A stretch of 32,000 nucleotides of DNA from the NCBI RefSeq assembly GCF_000018785.1, contig NC_010163.1, positions 1,380,001 to 1,412,000 on the forward strand, given 5' to 3'. This document shows, one piece after another, positions 16,919-32,000 of the stretch. The translations under genes were made by a program, and so were the position numbers. Origin of the DNA: Acholeplasma laidlawii PG-8A. Its GTDB lineage: Bacteria > Bacillota_I > Bacilli_A > Acholeplasmatales > Acholeplasmataceae. Position 1 is the first letter of the stretch. Each line of letters starts with the position of its first letter. Under the pieces are notes generated by a model, which ran no database searches, was not told the origin of the DNA, and saw nothing but the letters and a program-made list of their open reading frames with translations.

Positions 16919-19093
16919 CTAATTTGATGTATTTACCATGGTTAGCCCTACTTGACCTTTATCACGGTCAATATTGAGTACCCAGACAGTTACAATTTGC
17001 CCAACTGATACAACATCTTTGGGATGTTTCACAAATTTATTAGACAATTTAGAGATATGAACAAGTCCATCATTTTTAAGTCCTACGTCAACAAAAGCAC
17101 CAAAGTCTGTTACGTTTCTTACAGTACCTTCTAATTCCATACCTACCTTTAAGTCTTCAATAGATAATACATCAGATTTTAAGATTGGTTGAGCATAGTC
17201 ATCACGTGGATCTCTCATAGGTGCAACAAATGCATCTAGTATAAGATCTAGTGTATATTTATCGGTATGCAGTTCACGAGCTACTTGTTCTCTATCGATG
17301 TTATCTGTCCATAGTCTAATACTTGGTTTCCCAATATCTTCAGAACTGATATTTAATTTCTTCATCACTTCTCTTGCTAGTTGATAACTTTCAGGGTGAA
17401 TAGATGTTTGGTCTAAGATTTCATCAGATTCTGGTATTCTTAAGAAACCAACTGCTTGTTCATAAGTTTTAGGTCCAAGACTTGGTACTTTTAATAAATC
17501 TTCACGAGATTTAAAACCACCAATTTTATTTCTGTAGTTGACTAAGTTTTCAGCAACATTTTTGCTTAAACCAGATACATAGGTTAGTAAAGATTTACTT
17601 GCAGTATTCGCGTTCACACCCACTTGGTTTACAACTTGTGTAACAACAAAGTTTAGAGAATCATCTAGCTTTTTAGGTGCAATATCGTGTTGGTATTGAC
17701 CAACACCGATAGATTTTGGATCTATTTTAACAAGTTCAGATAGCGGATCTTGTAGTCTTCTTGCAATACTTGCAGCAGAACGCTCTTCCACTGAAAAATC
17801 AGGGAATTCTTCACGTGCAACATCACTTGCAGAATATACAGATGCACCTGCTTCATTGACGATAACGTATTTAGCATCCATATTTTGGTTCTTTATGACT
17901 TCAACAACAAACCTTTCGGTCTCTCTTGAAGCTGTACCATTACCGATTGCTACTAATTCAAACTTATATTTTTTGTATAAAACTTTTAATTGAAGTTCAG
18001 CTTGGAATACCTTTTCAGGATCTGGTCTACCACCTTGAGTTGTCTCATGTGGATAAATGACACCTTTTTCAAGTACTTGTCCAGTTTGATCAACAACAGT
18101 CCATTTACAACCTGTTCTAAATGCAGGGTCAATACCTAGAATCACTTTACCTTTTAAAGGTGGTTGTAATAATAGTTTAGATAAGTTGTCTGCAAAGACT
18201 TCAATCGCTTGTTCTTGACCTTTTTCAGAGAGTTCTGAGCGAATTTCTCTTTCAATCGAAGGAAAGATTAAACGTTTAAGTGAATCTTTAATTGCTTCTT
18301 CTAAATACATATCTGCATTAGATGGTTTTTTGATCACTTGTTTGATTAGATAGTTTTCCATGGCTTCTTTAGTACCATCTAATTTTACTGTGATAACTTT
18401 TTCATCTTCAGCACGGTTAATCGCTAAAATTTGATGTGGTTTAATTTTAGTAATCGATTGACTATAGTCATAGTAAATCTCATACACACCCTTTACATCT
18501 AATTCTTTACCATTTTTTCTTAAATTAGATACTAATACACCATGTCTAAATAAGTAATCTCTTAAATATTTACGATAGTTTGCATCATCACTAATAAGTT
18601 CTGAAATAATGAATCCAGCACCTTCAAGTGCATCTTTGGTAGTTAATACTTCATCATTAAGATATTTTTTTGCTTCTTCTACTACATCCGTTTTTGGAAA
18701 TGTTAATAAGAATTTTGCAAGTGGTTCTAAACCTTTTGCAATTGCTTCTGTTGCTTTAGTCTTTTTCTTTTCTTTGTATGGTCTGTAAAGGTCTTCAACT
18801 TCCACGAGTTTAGTAGCACTTAAGATTTCATTCTTAAGTTCTTCAGTTAACATACCTTTTTCATCAATTAAACGGATAACATCTTCTTTACGTTTAAATA
18901 GGTTATTCGCATACTCAAACATTTGGTTAATTGCAAATATCTGTTCTTCATCCATACCACCAGTCATTTCCTTACGGTATCTAGCGATAAATGGAATGGT
19001 TGCACCATCTGCTAAAAGTTCAAGTACAACTTTAACTTTAGCTGTTGGTAATTTGAGTTCTTTTGATACACTCATTACTAATTGTTCGTTCAT
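16919..19093 (-). CDS. tex: Tex-family S1 RNA-binding domain protein
   Basis: TIPFIARYRKEMTGGMDEEQIF, IGNGTASRETE, C-terminal S1 domain GMELEGTVRNVTDFGAFVDVGLKNDGLVHISKLS. Confidence 0.97.
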   Translation of the reverse strand: MNEQLVMSVSKELKLPTAKVKVVLELLADGATIPFIARYRKEMTGGMDEEQIFAINQMFEYANNLFKRKEDVIRLIDEKGMLTEELKNEILSATKLVEVEDLYRPYKEKKKTKATEAIAKGLEPLAKFLLTFPKTDVVEEAKKYLNDEVLTTKDALEGAGFIISELISDDANYRKYLRDYLFRHGVLVSNLRKNGKELDVKGVYEIYYDYSQSITKIKPHQILAINRAEDEKVITVKLDGTKEAMENYLIKQVIKKPSNADMYLEEAIKDSLKRLIFPSIEREIRSELSEKGQEQAIEVFADNLSKLLLQPPLKGKVILGIDPAFRTGCKWTVVDQTGQVLEKGVIYPHETTQGGRPDPEKVFQAELQLKVLYKKYKFELVAIGNGTASRETERFVVEVIKNQNMDAKYVIVNEAGASVYSASDVAREEFPDFSVEERSAASIARRLQDPLSELVKIDPKSIGVGQYQHDIAPKKLDDSLNFVVTQVVNQVGVNANTASKSLLTYVSGLSKNVAENLVNYRNKIGGFKSREDLLKVPSLGPKTYEQAVGFLRIPESDEILDQTSIHPESYQLAREVMKKLNISSEDIGKPSIRLWTDNIDREQVARELHTDKYTLDLILDAFVAPMRDPRDDYAQPILKSDVLSIEDLKVGMELEGTVRNVTDFGAFVDVGLKNDGLVHISKLSNKFVKHPKDVVSVGQIVTVWVLNIDRDKGQVGLTMVNTSN

Positions 19094-19159
19094 AGTTTCC
19101 TCCTAATACTGGTTCTATATAATAAATAAAGGGAAAAATTGATTTCCCTTTATGAATGG

Positions 19160-19849
19160 TTAATTTAATTCGTTTAATACGTCTGTTAATTTATCTTCAG
19201 CACGTTTGTTTTGGCCTACTTGGTCAAAAGGTCCGTACCAATTTAAGTCTTCACCATTAAATACGTGTAATAACACAGGGATTGTTGCTCTTGAAGCTTG
19301 TCCAGCAGAAACATCAACAACTGCTTGCCAGCTTTCATTTGCAGGATTATCCACATTCACAAAGAATAGAACATATTCATCGTTAATTACAGTGAATTCA
19401 AAATCGTCAAATTTTACCTTTTTAACAGTGTCTAAAGCCATGATATCATCAGCCACATCAAGTGCACCTGGTTGCCATGAGTTTGTATCTTTTTCTGAAT
19501 AGAATAAGATATAAACATTAGCATATCTATCAAGTGTATATTTTAAACCTTTATGAGTAAGATTTTCAAAGTTTTCACGGTTTGATATTTTAGTAATATC
19601 ATCTACTAATACATAGTTTGATCCTTCATAACGGAATGGATCTTTATTTTTTCCACTCGATATAATTGCATCAATTACAAAATATAGCACAACAGAGACC
19701 ATTGCAACCGCCATAATAATTAATACAATTTTGAAAAATAATTCGCCTTTTTCTGATTCTTCTTTAATACCTGATAAGCTTTTTTCTACTTTTTCTTGTT
19801 TAACAGGTTTTTTAACATCTTTTTTATTTATTCTTGCCATGTTTTTCAC
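19160..19849 (-). CDS. Membrane-anchored protein of unknown function, possibly with a thioredoxin-like extracytoplasmic domain
   Basis: One N-terminal TM segment (FFKIVLIIMAVAMVSVVLYFVIDAII) followed by YANVYILFYSEKDTNSWQPGALDVADDI...ATIPVLLHVFNGE. Confidence 0.6.
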   Translation of the reverse strand: MKNMARINKKDVKKPVKQEKVEKSLSGIKEESEKGELFFKIVLIIMAVAMVSVVLYFVIDAIISSGKNKDPFRYEGSNYVLVDDITKISNRENFENLTHKGLKYTLDRYANVYILFYSEKDTNSWQPGALDVADDIMALDTVKKVKFDDFEFTVINDEYVLFFVNVDNPANESWQAVVDVSAGQASRATIPVLLHVFNGEDLNWYGPFDQVGQNKRAEDKLTDVLNELN

Positions 19850-19903
19850 ATCCTTAAATTTTTACGCAATAATATTATACTTAAATATCATCAATTTTAC
19901 AAC

Positions 19904-20260
19904 CTAAACTTTAGTTTCTAATACAACAAATGCGATAGCATAAAGGTTTGTGTGACTTATTGTAATATGTACTACAAAATCACTTGTATGTTTAGATACA
20001 ACATAAGGTGCCCCTACACTGTCATTTAGTACTGAAAAATCCTTATAATTAGCCGTTTTATCCCCTGCTTTAAAGCATTTAAATAAAGATTCTTTGACAG
20101 CAAATCTACCAGCTAAATAGGTTAGTTTTCTATTTTCATGGTTGATTTTGGCATATTCGTTCTTCTCATCTTCATTCAATATTTTATCTTTAAAGCGGTC
20201 GATGCCAATAGATTTAATTCTTTCCAATTCAACTAAATCTGTACCGATAGCATGTATCAT
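19904..20260 (-). CDS. acpS: Holo-[acyl-carrier-protein] synthase
   Basis: IHAIGTDLVELERI...RFKDKILNEDE...YLAGRFAVKESLFKCF...VVHITISHTNLYAIAFVV. Confidence 0.95.
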   Translation of the reverse strand: MIHAIGTDLVELERIKSIGIDRFKDKILNEDEKNEYAKINHENRKLTYLAGRFAVKESLFKCFKAGDKTANYKDFSVLNDSVGAPYVVSKHTSDFVVHITISHTNLYAIAFVVLETKV

Positions 20261-20261
20261 G

Positions 20262-21185
20262 TTATCCCTCGTTTCTTAACTCATTTGCTAAATCTTTGAT
20301 TTTTTTAAATCGGTGATTTAGTCCTGATTTTGTAATGGTTTCACCATAGAGTACTTCATACTCATCAATAAGTTCCATGAGTGATGCATCTGGATGTGTT
20401 TTTCTTAGGTGAATCACTTGAAGTAGTTTATCATTTAATCTCATGTGATACTTTTCGATGAATTCAATATCTTCTAACTGACTATTGGCTGCTACAATTG
20501 TTTTTTTCTCATTAGCAATCTCACAGTTTAATATACGGTTAATTGAGTTATTAAAATCTCTTTTAATACGTATATCTTCAAATTCAAATACAGTTTGAGA
20601 TGCACCAATATATCTTAAGAAGTCTTCTATTTTATTGACGTCTTTTAAATACACGATAAACCCTTTACGTCGCTTCGTAATTTTAGCATCCATATCAATG
20701 AAGTTCATTAAACGTTGTATCTTTAATATCGTATCTGAGTTTTCAGAATATATTTCTAAATGATACTCGGCCTTTTTAGGATCATTTACAGAACCAGATA
20801 CTAAGAATGCACCTCTTAAATAACTTAGTTGAGCTTCTTGAGAAACGGTTAAGAATTCAGAGGCGTCTTTATCACCTAAGATGCCGTGCTCTTGCATAAT
20901 TTGTTTCAAGGATTCTTGAATGCCTAATCGAACTTGATGTCCTTTATTAAAACTACCTTGCTGTTTGGTAAGTAAGGTAGAATCAATTTTGTATTGTTGT
21001 TTGAGCAGTTTTAAAAACCTTCTTGCAACAGTAGGGTTATTTGATTTAAACCAAAGCGTTGGTACACCTTCTGAAATAGAAAGTTCCGTACCTAAATCGA
21101 TCATCGCAGAGAGTTCAGCTAGTTGTTCTTCATTGGTTGTATTTAGTTGGATGAGTTCATTTTTAACTTCTTTAGCATAACTCAA
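20262..21185 (-). CDS. whiA: WhiA-family DNA-binding regulator
   Basis: SYAKEVKNEL start; LRGAFLVSGSVNDPKKAEYHLEI; C-terminal HTH with LRKTHPDASLMELIDEYEVLYGETITKSGLNHRFKKI. Confidence 0.96.
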   Translation of the reverse strand: MSYAKEVKNELIQLNTTNEEQLAELSAMIDLGTELSISEGVPTLWFKSNNPTVARRFLKLLKQQYKIDSTLLTKQQGSFNKGHQVRLGIQESLKQIMQEHGILGDKDASEFLTVSQEAQLSYLRGAFLVSGSVNDPKKAEYHLEIYSENSDTILKIQRLMNFIDMDAKITKRRKGFIVYLKDVNKIEDFLRYIGASQTVFEFEDIRIKRDFNNSINRILNCEIANEKKTIVAANSQLEDIEFIEKYHMRLNDKLLQVIHLRKTHPDASLMELIDEYEVLYGETITKSGLNHRFKKIKDLANELRNEG

Positions 21186-21204
21186 ATTTAATCATTTCCT
21201 TTAA

Positions 21205-22110
21205 TTATAAATTTTCAATATATTTGATAATATTTTGTGTTGCAATTGCACCATCACTGACTGCAGTAACAATTTGTCTAATCTTTTTAACTGTTACATC
21301 GCCTGCAGCGAATATGCCCTTACAAGGCGTTTGGAAGTCTTCACCAGTTAGGATGTAGCCAAACTCGTTTAAGATGTTTAAATCCTTTAAAAACGATGTT
21401 GCAGGGATTAATCCAACGTACTCAAAGACACCATCCGTGTCAATAACTTGTTCTTTACCAGCAACCGATACTTTAACACCTTTTAAGTTATCATCACCAA
21501 CAAATTCTTTTGTTTCTGCATTAAAGATAAAATCAACATTTTTAGCATGCATCAGTAAGTCTTGAGCTTTTTTATCCGCTGTTAAATATGGTAGGTTTTG
21601 TACCACTGTGACATGACTCGCAATATTAGATAAGAATAGTGCTTCTTCTACAGCGGAGTTTCCGCCACCAATAACAACCACTTTTTTATCTTTATATAAT
21701 GGACCATCACAAATAGCACACCATGAAATACCTTGTGCAGTGTAATTCATTTCACCTGGTATGTCTAATCTTCTAGGTACTACACCTGTAGTAATTAAAA
21801 TAGCTTTCGATTCAAATGTTTCATGTGCTGTAACTATTTGTTTTGTAGTGCCTAAATCTTTAATTTCAAGTACTTCTTCAAACTTAACTTCTACACCTAA
21901 ATTTAATACATGTTCAAACATAGATGTTGCAAGTTCATAGCCCTTAGCTTTTGTAAATCCTGGGTAGTTTTCAACTTCTGCAGTATCGACTATTTGACCA
22001 CCTGGTGCGCCTTTTTCAAACATCATGACTTTTAAATTCGCACGCTTTGCATAAATTGCTGCCGTCATACCTGCAGGACCTGAACCAATTATTAATACAT
22101 CATAAATCAT
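21205..22110 (-). CDS. trxB: Thioredoxin reductase
   Basis: GSGPAGMTAAIYAKRANL, WCAICDG redox centre, GGGNSAVEEALFL, GIFAAGDV. Confidence 0.97.
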   Translation of the reverse strand: MIYDVLIIGSGPAGMTAAIYAKRANLKVMMFEKGAPGGQIVDTAEVENYPGFTKAKGYELATSMFEHVLNLGVEVKFEEVLEIKDLGTTKQIVTAHETFESKAILITTGVVPRRLDIPGEMNYTAQGISWCAICDGPLYKDKKVVVIGGGNSAVEEALFLSNIASHVTVVQNLPYLTADKKAQDLLMHAKNVDFIFNAETKEFVGDDNLKGVKVSVAGKEQVIDTDGVFEYVGLIPATSFLKDLNILNEFGYILTGEDFQTPCKGIFAAGDVTVKKIRQIVTAVSDGAIATQNIIKYIENL

Positions 22111-22123
22111 TTATTATTACCTC

Positions 22124-23653
22124 TTAAAATATATAGAGTAGTTTTTCTAAGTTATCAACTACAACGTCTGGTTTTGCACCCAAGAGTGCTTCATAATGCA
22201 CGGAATAACCTACTCCGATAGATTTTACATTTGCAGCTTTGGCTGCTAGGATATCATTTGGATGATCCCCTACATAAGCAGCATTTGAAGGACTAACATT
22301 TAATCTTTCAAGTGCCATATTGATTGGTAGTGGATCCGGTTTATGTTTAGGCGATTCATCGGAACCAATAATCACATCCACATATTGCATTAAATCATTT
22401 TGTTCTAAGCCTAGTTTTACAAATTTGTGTATCTTACTACTTACAATACCTATGAGATAATCATGTTCTTTTAAAGTTTTTAAAACAGTAAGGGCATTTT
22501 CAAAACTCTCTACCTTAACTTTATGATTTACTTCATTAATTTCTCTATAGGTTTTAATCATTGCTTGTAGTTTTTTGTTATCTTTTTCATACCATCCAAA
22601 CGATTCATCTAATGTTGGTCCAACAAATGCTTTTAATTCTTCATCGGTTAACTTCTTGTTTGGAAAATGGACTTTAAAAGTAGCTGTAATATTTTTGTAG
22701 ATAAGATCTATGGTATCTAGTAAGGTACCATCTAAATCAAATAATACAGCTTTTCTACCGTAGTCATTATATGCAATACGGTTTTTAACTTTAAGTGTTC
22801 TGTATAAATAGATTGCTAACCCAGCAATGATAAGCCCTACTGAGGTTGCAATACTCGTTGGGATATTAAACATCATTAACGGTTCCGGTACACCACTATT
22901 CATTCTTAAGATTTCAGTTGGAATACGGCCAATGCCATACCATACTAAATAAAAGGAAATGATGTCACCAATTTTAACTTGTTTCTTTCTTCTAAATACT
23001 AAGATAAGTATAAGCCCTAAAAGATTCCAACTACTTTCATAAAGAAACGTTGGGTGTCTAAAGGCACCACCTATATTCATGTTATCTCTAATAAATGGTG
23101 GTAACCAGTTTAGATTATCAATTACTGGACCGTAAAGTTCACGGTTCATAAAGTTACCCCAACGGCCAAAGATTTGACCAATTAAGAAACCCGGTCCAAC
23201 CATATCAAGCACAAAGAAATAGTCTATTTTCTTCTTTTTAGCAAATAAAATTAAACCTAGTACTACGACGATAATCGCTCCATGAATAGCTAATCCACCT
23301 TCTGTAACGTCTAACATGCGAAGGATATCCCCGTTATATTTATCTAAATTAAATAACACGTACCAAAGTCTTGCACCAATTACTGCAGAAGGTACAAAGA
23401 CTAATAAACCGTCCCAAAGAATGTTAGGATCTTGGTGATATCTAGTAAGTTCTAAATAAGCTAAAACTGAAGCACTAATAATACCTGATAAAATAAATAC
23501 TGCATACCACTGTACACTAAATGAACCAAGTTCAAATGCAGTGCCACTATAAGGGGCAGTACCAAAGGTAGCAATCAGTATAAGTAGTAGGAATAATAAG
23601 GTGATTCCACCATATACAATATAACCTTGGTATTTTTTAAATGTCGTCATCAT
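22124..23653 (-). CDS. lgt: Fusion of prolipoprotein diacylglyceryl transferase (N-terminal) and a HAD-family PpaX-like phosphatase (C-terminal)
   Basis: Lgt region GGLAIHGAIIVVVLG...IGQIFGRWGNFMNRELYG...HPTFLYESSWNL, then in the same frame KAVLFDLDGTLLDTIDLI...VGIVSSKIH...VIGSDESPKHKPDP...AYVGDHPNDILAAKAAN. Confidence 0.95.
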   Translation of the reverse strand: MMTTFKKYQGYIVYGGITLLFLLLILIATFGTAPYSGTAFELGSFSVQWYAVFILSGIISASVLAYLELTRYHQDPNILWDGLLVFVPSAVIGARLWYVLFNLDKYNGDILRMLDVTEGGLAIHGAIIVVVLGLILFAKKKKIDYFFVLDMVGPGFLIGQIFGRWGNFMNRELYGPVIDNLNWLPPFIRDNMNIGGAFRHPTFLYESSWNLLGLILILVFRRKKQVKIGDIISFYLVWYGIGRIPTEILRMNSGVPEPLMMFNIPTSIATSVGLIIAGLAIYLYRTLKVKNRIAYNDYGRKAVLFDLDGTLLDTIDLIYKNITATFKVHFPNKKLTDEELKAFVGPTLDESFGWYEKDNKKLQAMIKTYREINEVNHKVKVESFENALTVLKTLKEHDYLIGIVSSKIHKFVKLGLEQNDLMQYVDVIIGSDESPKHKPDPLPINMALERLNVSPSNAAYVGDHPNDILAAKAANVKSIGVGYSVHYEALLGAKPDVVVDNLEKLLYIF

Positions 23654-24590
23654 CGTCTTCTGCTCCTTTTGCAGCTTTTGCTGCTACGTTTTGTATAAGT
23701 GTTTCTGCTGCGTTATAACCTAAATATTTTAACTTTTGATTCATTGCTGCAGATTCTACTAGGGTTGCGTTATTACGTCCTGGTAAAACTGGAATCGTAA
23801 TCTTTGGTATTTCGGTACCAAAAATAGTATAGTTTTGAGTTTCAATACCTAGTCGGTCATAAGTTTTAGACTTATCCCAATGTTCTAATTCAATCACTAA
23901 TCTAATTTTTTTGTTTTCTCTAAATGCTCCAGCACCTAACATTTGAACCACATCTACAATACCAATACCGCGTATTTCTATATAGCGCTCTAGTATTTTT
24001 GGTGCTTGACCAATAATCACACCTGGAGCTGTTTCATAAACATCCACTCGATCATCAGCAACTAAAATATGATTTCTTTTAATCAGTTCCAGAGCAGTTT
24101 CAGATTTACCTACACCGGATTTACCAATAATTAATGTACCCATGCCATAAATATCTAGTAACGTACCATGAATACTTTCACGTGGTGCAAGTGCACTACG
24201 TAAATAAGAATATAGTTTTGAGTTAATTGGTGTTGTACGTTCATTGGATTTATAAAGTGGTACATGATACTTATTACCTAAGTCCATAAAGTATTGTGGG
24301 ATATCCACATTAATACTAAATATCACTGCAGGTGGTTGTAGTTTAAGTACTGCATCTACACGCTCAATTTGAACTTGTTCATCTAGTAACATCAAAAAGT
24401 GTGCTTCTTTTGAACCGATAAGTAAAATACGTTGTGGATCAAAAAAGTCTAAGAATCCAGCAAACTCAACACCGGGTCTGCTAAGCATTTCTACTTCTAC
24501 ACGTCTATCCTCTCCGTCAAAACCTGCCACTATTTTTAAATTTAAGTCATGTGCTATTTTTTTAAGTCTAATTGAATTTTTATAAGCCAT
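23637..24590 (-). CDS. hprK: HPr kinase/phosphorylase
   Basis: GTLIIGKSGVGKSETALELIKRNHILVADDRVDVYE (Walker A) and EIRGIGIVDVVQMLGAGAFRENKKIRLVIEL. Confidence 0.96.
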   Translation of the reverse strand: MAYKNSIRLKKIAHDLNLKIVAGFDGEDRRVEVEMLSRPGVEFAGFLDFFDPQRILLIGSKEAHFLMLLDEQVQIERVDAVLKLQPPAVIFSINVDIPQYFMDLGNKYHVPLYKSNERTTPINSKLYSYLRSALAPRESIHGTLLDIYGMGTLIIGKSGVGKSETALELIKRNHILVADDRVDVYETAPGVIIGQAPKILERYIEIRGIGIVDVVQMLGAGAFRENKKIRLVIELEHWDKSKTYDRLGIETQNYTIFGTEIPKITIPVLPGRNNATLVESAAMNQKLKYLGYNAAETLIQNVAAKAAKGAEDDDDDI

Positions 24591-25086
24591 GAGATGCCCC
24601 TTTCTGAATCCACTTGGATTTTCTTACATATGTTGTAAATAATAATCTAATCATCATAAAGATGAATGTAAATGCGAAAATGTTGGAACCATTATAAAGA
24701 AATGATATTTGGCTGATACTTAAGTCAACTAAATAAAAGGATAAGAGATTACTTAAGTAAAACATGAGACCAAATGTCATGAGTACAAATCTGTATAAGT
24801 ATCTTACCATGAGTCCTTTGATAAATACTTCAATACTTGTAAATAATAACATAGCTACTACAAAGGATTCAATCGATTCAAATTGAATGATTGGATAAAA
24901 TCTTGAGGATAGTCCTACGACTATACCACCTACTAAAAAGTTAATAATGGTAAGTAGTAATACATGGTAACCAAAATTCATGTGTAAAATAAGCCCTAAT
25001 TGGTAACCAATAATCGCCTTTTTTTTACGAATGATTTTATCCTTATTGTCTTCATTTTTATTTGGATCGTTTGAATCATTTTGCAT
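24580..25086 (-). CDS. Conserved integral membrane protein of unknown function
   Basis: 168 aa with about four predicted TM segments; overlaps hprK by 11 nt. Confidence 0.6.
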   Translation of the reverse strand: MQNDSNDPNKNEDNKDKIIRKKKAIIGYQLGLILHMNFGYHVLLLTIINFLVGGIVVGLSSRFYPIIQFESIESFVVAMLLFTSIEVFIKGLMVRYLYRFVLMTFGLMFYLSNLLSFYLVDLSISQISFLYNGSNIFAFTFIFMMIRLLFTTYVRKSKWIQKGASHGL

Positions 25087-25099
25087 AAGTCATTTTTCC

Positions 25100-31108
<6,009 letters not shown>

Positions 31109-31167
31109 GTTTATACCTCCTTTAATTTTATAGTAGATATAACATGCTAAAAATACTTTTATAAAGT

Positions 31168-31197
31168 AAAAACCACAATCAAAATTAAAGATTGTGG
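31168..31197 (-). terminator. Terminator downstream of the metalloprotease gene
   Basis: Minus strand CCACAATC...GATTGTGG TTTTT; 8-bp perfect stem. Confidence 0.8.
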
Positions 31198-31212
31198 CTT
31201 ATGTTTAAATAT

Positions 31213-32000
31213 TTATGCGACTGAAACTGTTAGAGTAACATTTTCAGAACTATTATTAAATAAGGATGCAACTGTTAAAGAAACGTTGATTTTACCACCT
31301 TGATTCCATGAGTAAGTATTTAAGTTTAATGTACCACTTGTAAGTAGGTCACTTTGCTTAATGGAACCATTACCTGGAATTGAGTTGTTTTTATCTGCTT
31401 CTAAGATTTGATTGATGAAACTTGAAGCACCTTCGTTATTATTTCTAAAGTATTCTCCCCAAAATACCGGGTTAGATGTAAGTCTTGCATCAATATGATA
31501 CACTACAATACCCGCATTACTTGGAATATATTCTAATCCCGAATGTGCACTATATAATCCGTTTGGTGTATAGAACATAACAAGTAAATATTCGTCAAAT
31601 GCATTACCATCATTTAAATCACTTGAGTTAAACGGAATTAATAATGTACTGTTTAAACCATCTGTATCTGTTGAGTAACTATCAAGTGTTACTTGATAAG
31701 TTCCTTTTTGAGCTACAAGTGGTTGTAACCAACCAAATACTAATTTATTAAATGGACCATGATCACCTGCATTATAATCCATCATGTCAAATCCACCCAT
31801 TGGTCCATATTGGTTGTTGCCTTCATATGGATAGAAATCTACTATACCCATTAAGTGACCAAGTTCATGAATGTATGTTTCACTGTTTAATATGAGATCA
31901 CTATTTCCTGGTAATGCATCATTCATGAAATCATAACTTGCCCAGAAATAGTATTCAAAGTTTTTACCATCTAATTCACTAACGCTACCAACGATATCTG
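31213..32000 (-). CDS. M6-family-like secreted metalloprotease, C-terminal portion (gene continues past the window edge)
   Basis: HExxHxxGxxD zinc motif in SETYIHELGHLMGIVDFYPY, followed by GPMGGFDMMDYN. The frame stays open from 31926 to 32000 (DIVGSVSELDGKNFEYYFWASYDF). Confidence 0.85.
   Translation of the reverse strand, partial: DIVGSVSELDGKNFEYYFWASYDFMNDALPGNSDLILNSETYIHELGHLMGIVDFYPYEGNNQYGPMGGFDMMDYNAGDHGPFNKLVFGWLQPLVAQKGTYQVTLDSYSTDTDGLNSTLLIPFNSSDLNDGNAFDEYLLVMFYTPNGLYSAHSGLEYIPSNAGIVVYHIDARLTSNPVFWGEYFRNNNEGASSFINQILEADKNNSIPGNGSIKQSDLLTSGTLNLNTYSWNQGGKINVSLTVASLFNNSSENVTLTVSVA

Overview
This is a low-GC Mollicute-like chromosomal segment; gene content and synteny resemble Acholeplasma and relatives. 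Most of it is ordinary core genome: a truncated ribBA-like gene, an amino-acid ABC transporter operon, a polyprenyl synthase, a PAS-GGDEF protein, two paralogous aldehyde dehydrogenases, a Ca/Na antiporter, purA-purB, tex, then a long minus-strand block (acpS, whiA, trxB, lgt, hprK, uvrA, ligA, a UvrD-like helicase) and the start of an M6-like metalloprotease. The best candidate for an undescribed system is the segment at about 14.34-16.71 kb. It holds two overlapping minus-strand genes of unknown function, a 311-aa protein followed by a 251-aa protein with a DUF4145-like C-terminus. They have a near-consensus promoter, and a 13-bp inverted repeat lies between the promoter and the first start codon. 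The segment is bracketed by a directly repeated tRNA-Glu 3' end plus terminator (36/37 identical core), as expected for a small element inserted at a tRNA 3' end. Other notable points are: a single-nucleotide deletion in purA; an Lgt-HAD(PpaX-like) fusion next to hprK; trxB directly followed by whiA with no rapZ or glmR between; an aldehyde dehydrogenase paralog whose N-terminus is missing at a junction with a lipoprotein gene; an HD-GYP-like remnant; a UvrD-like helicase apparently lacking the 2B domain; and a DHBP-synthase domain with a degenerate active-site motif. All calls come from reading motifs and sequence by eye; no database search was run.
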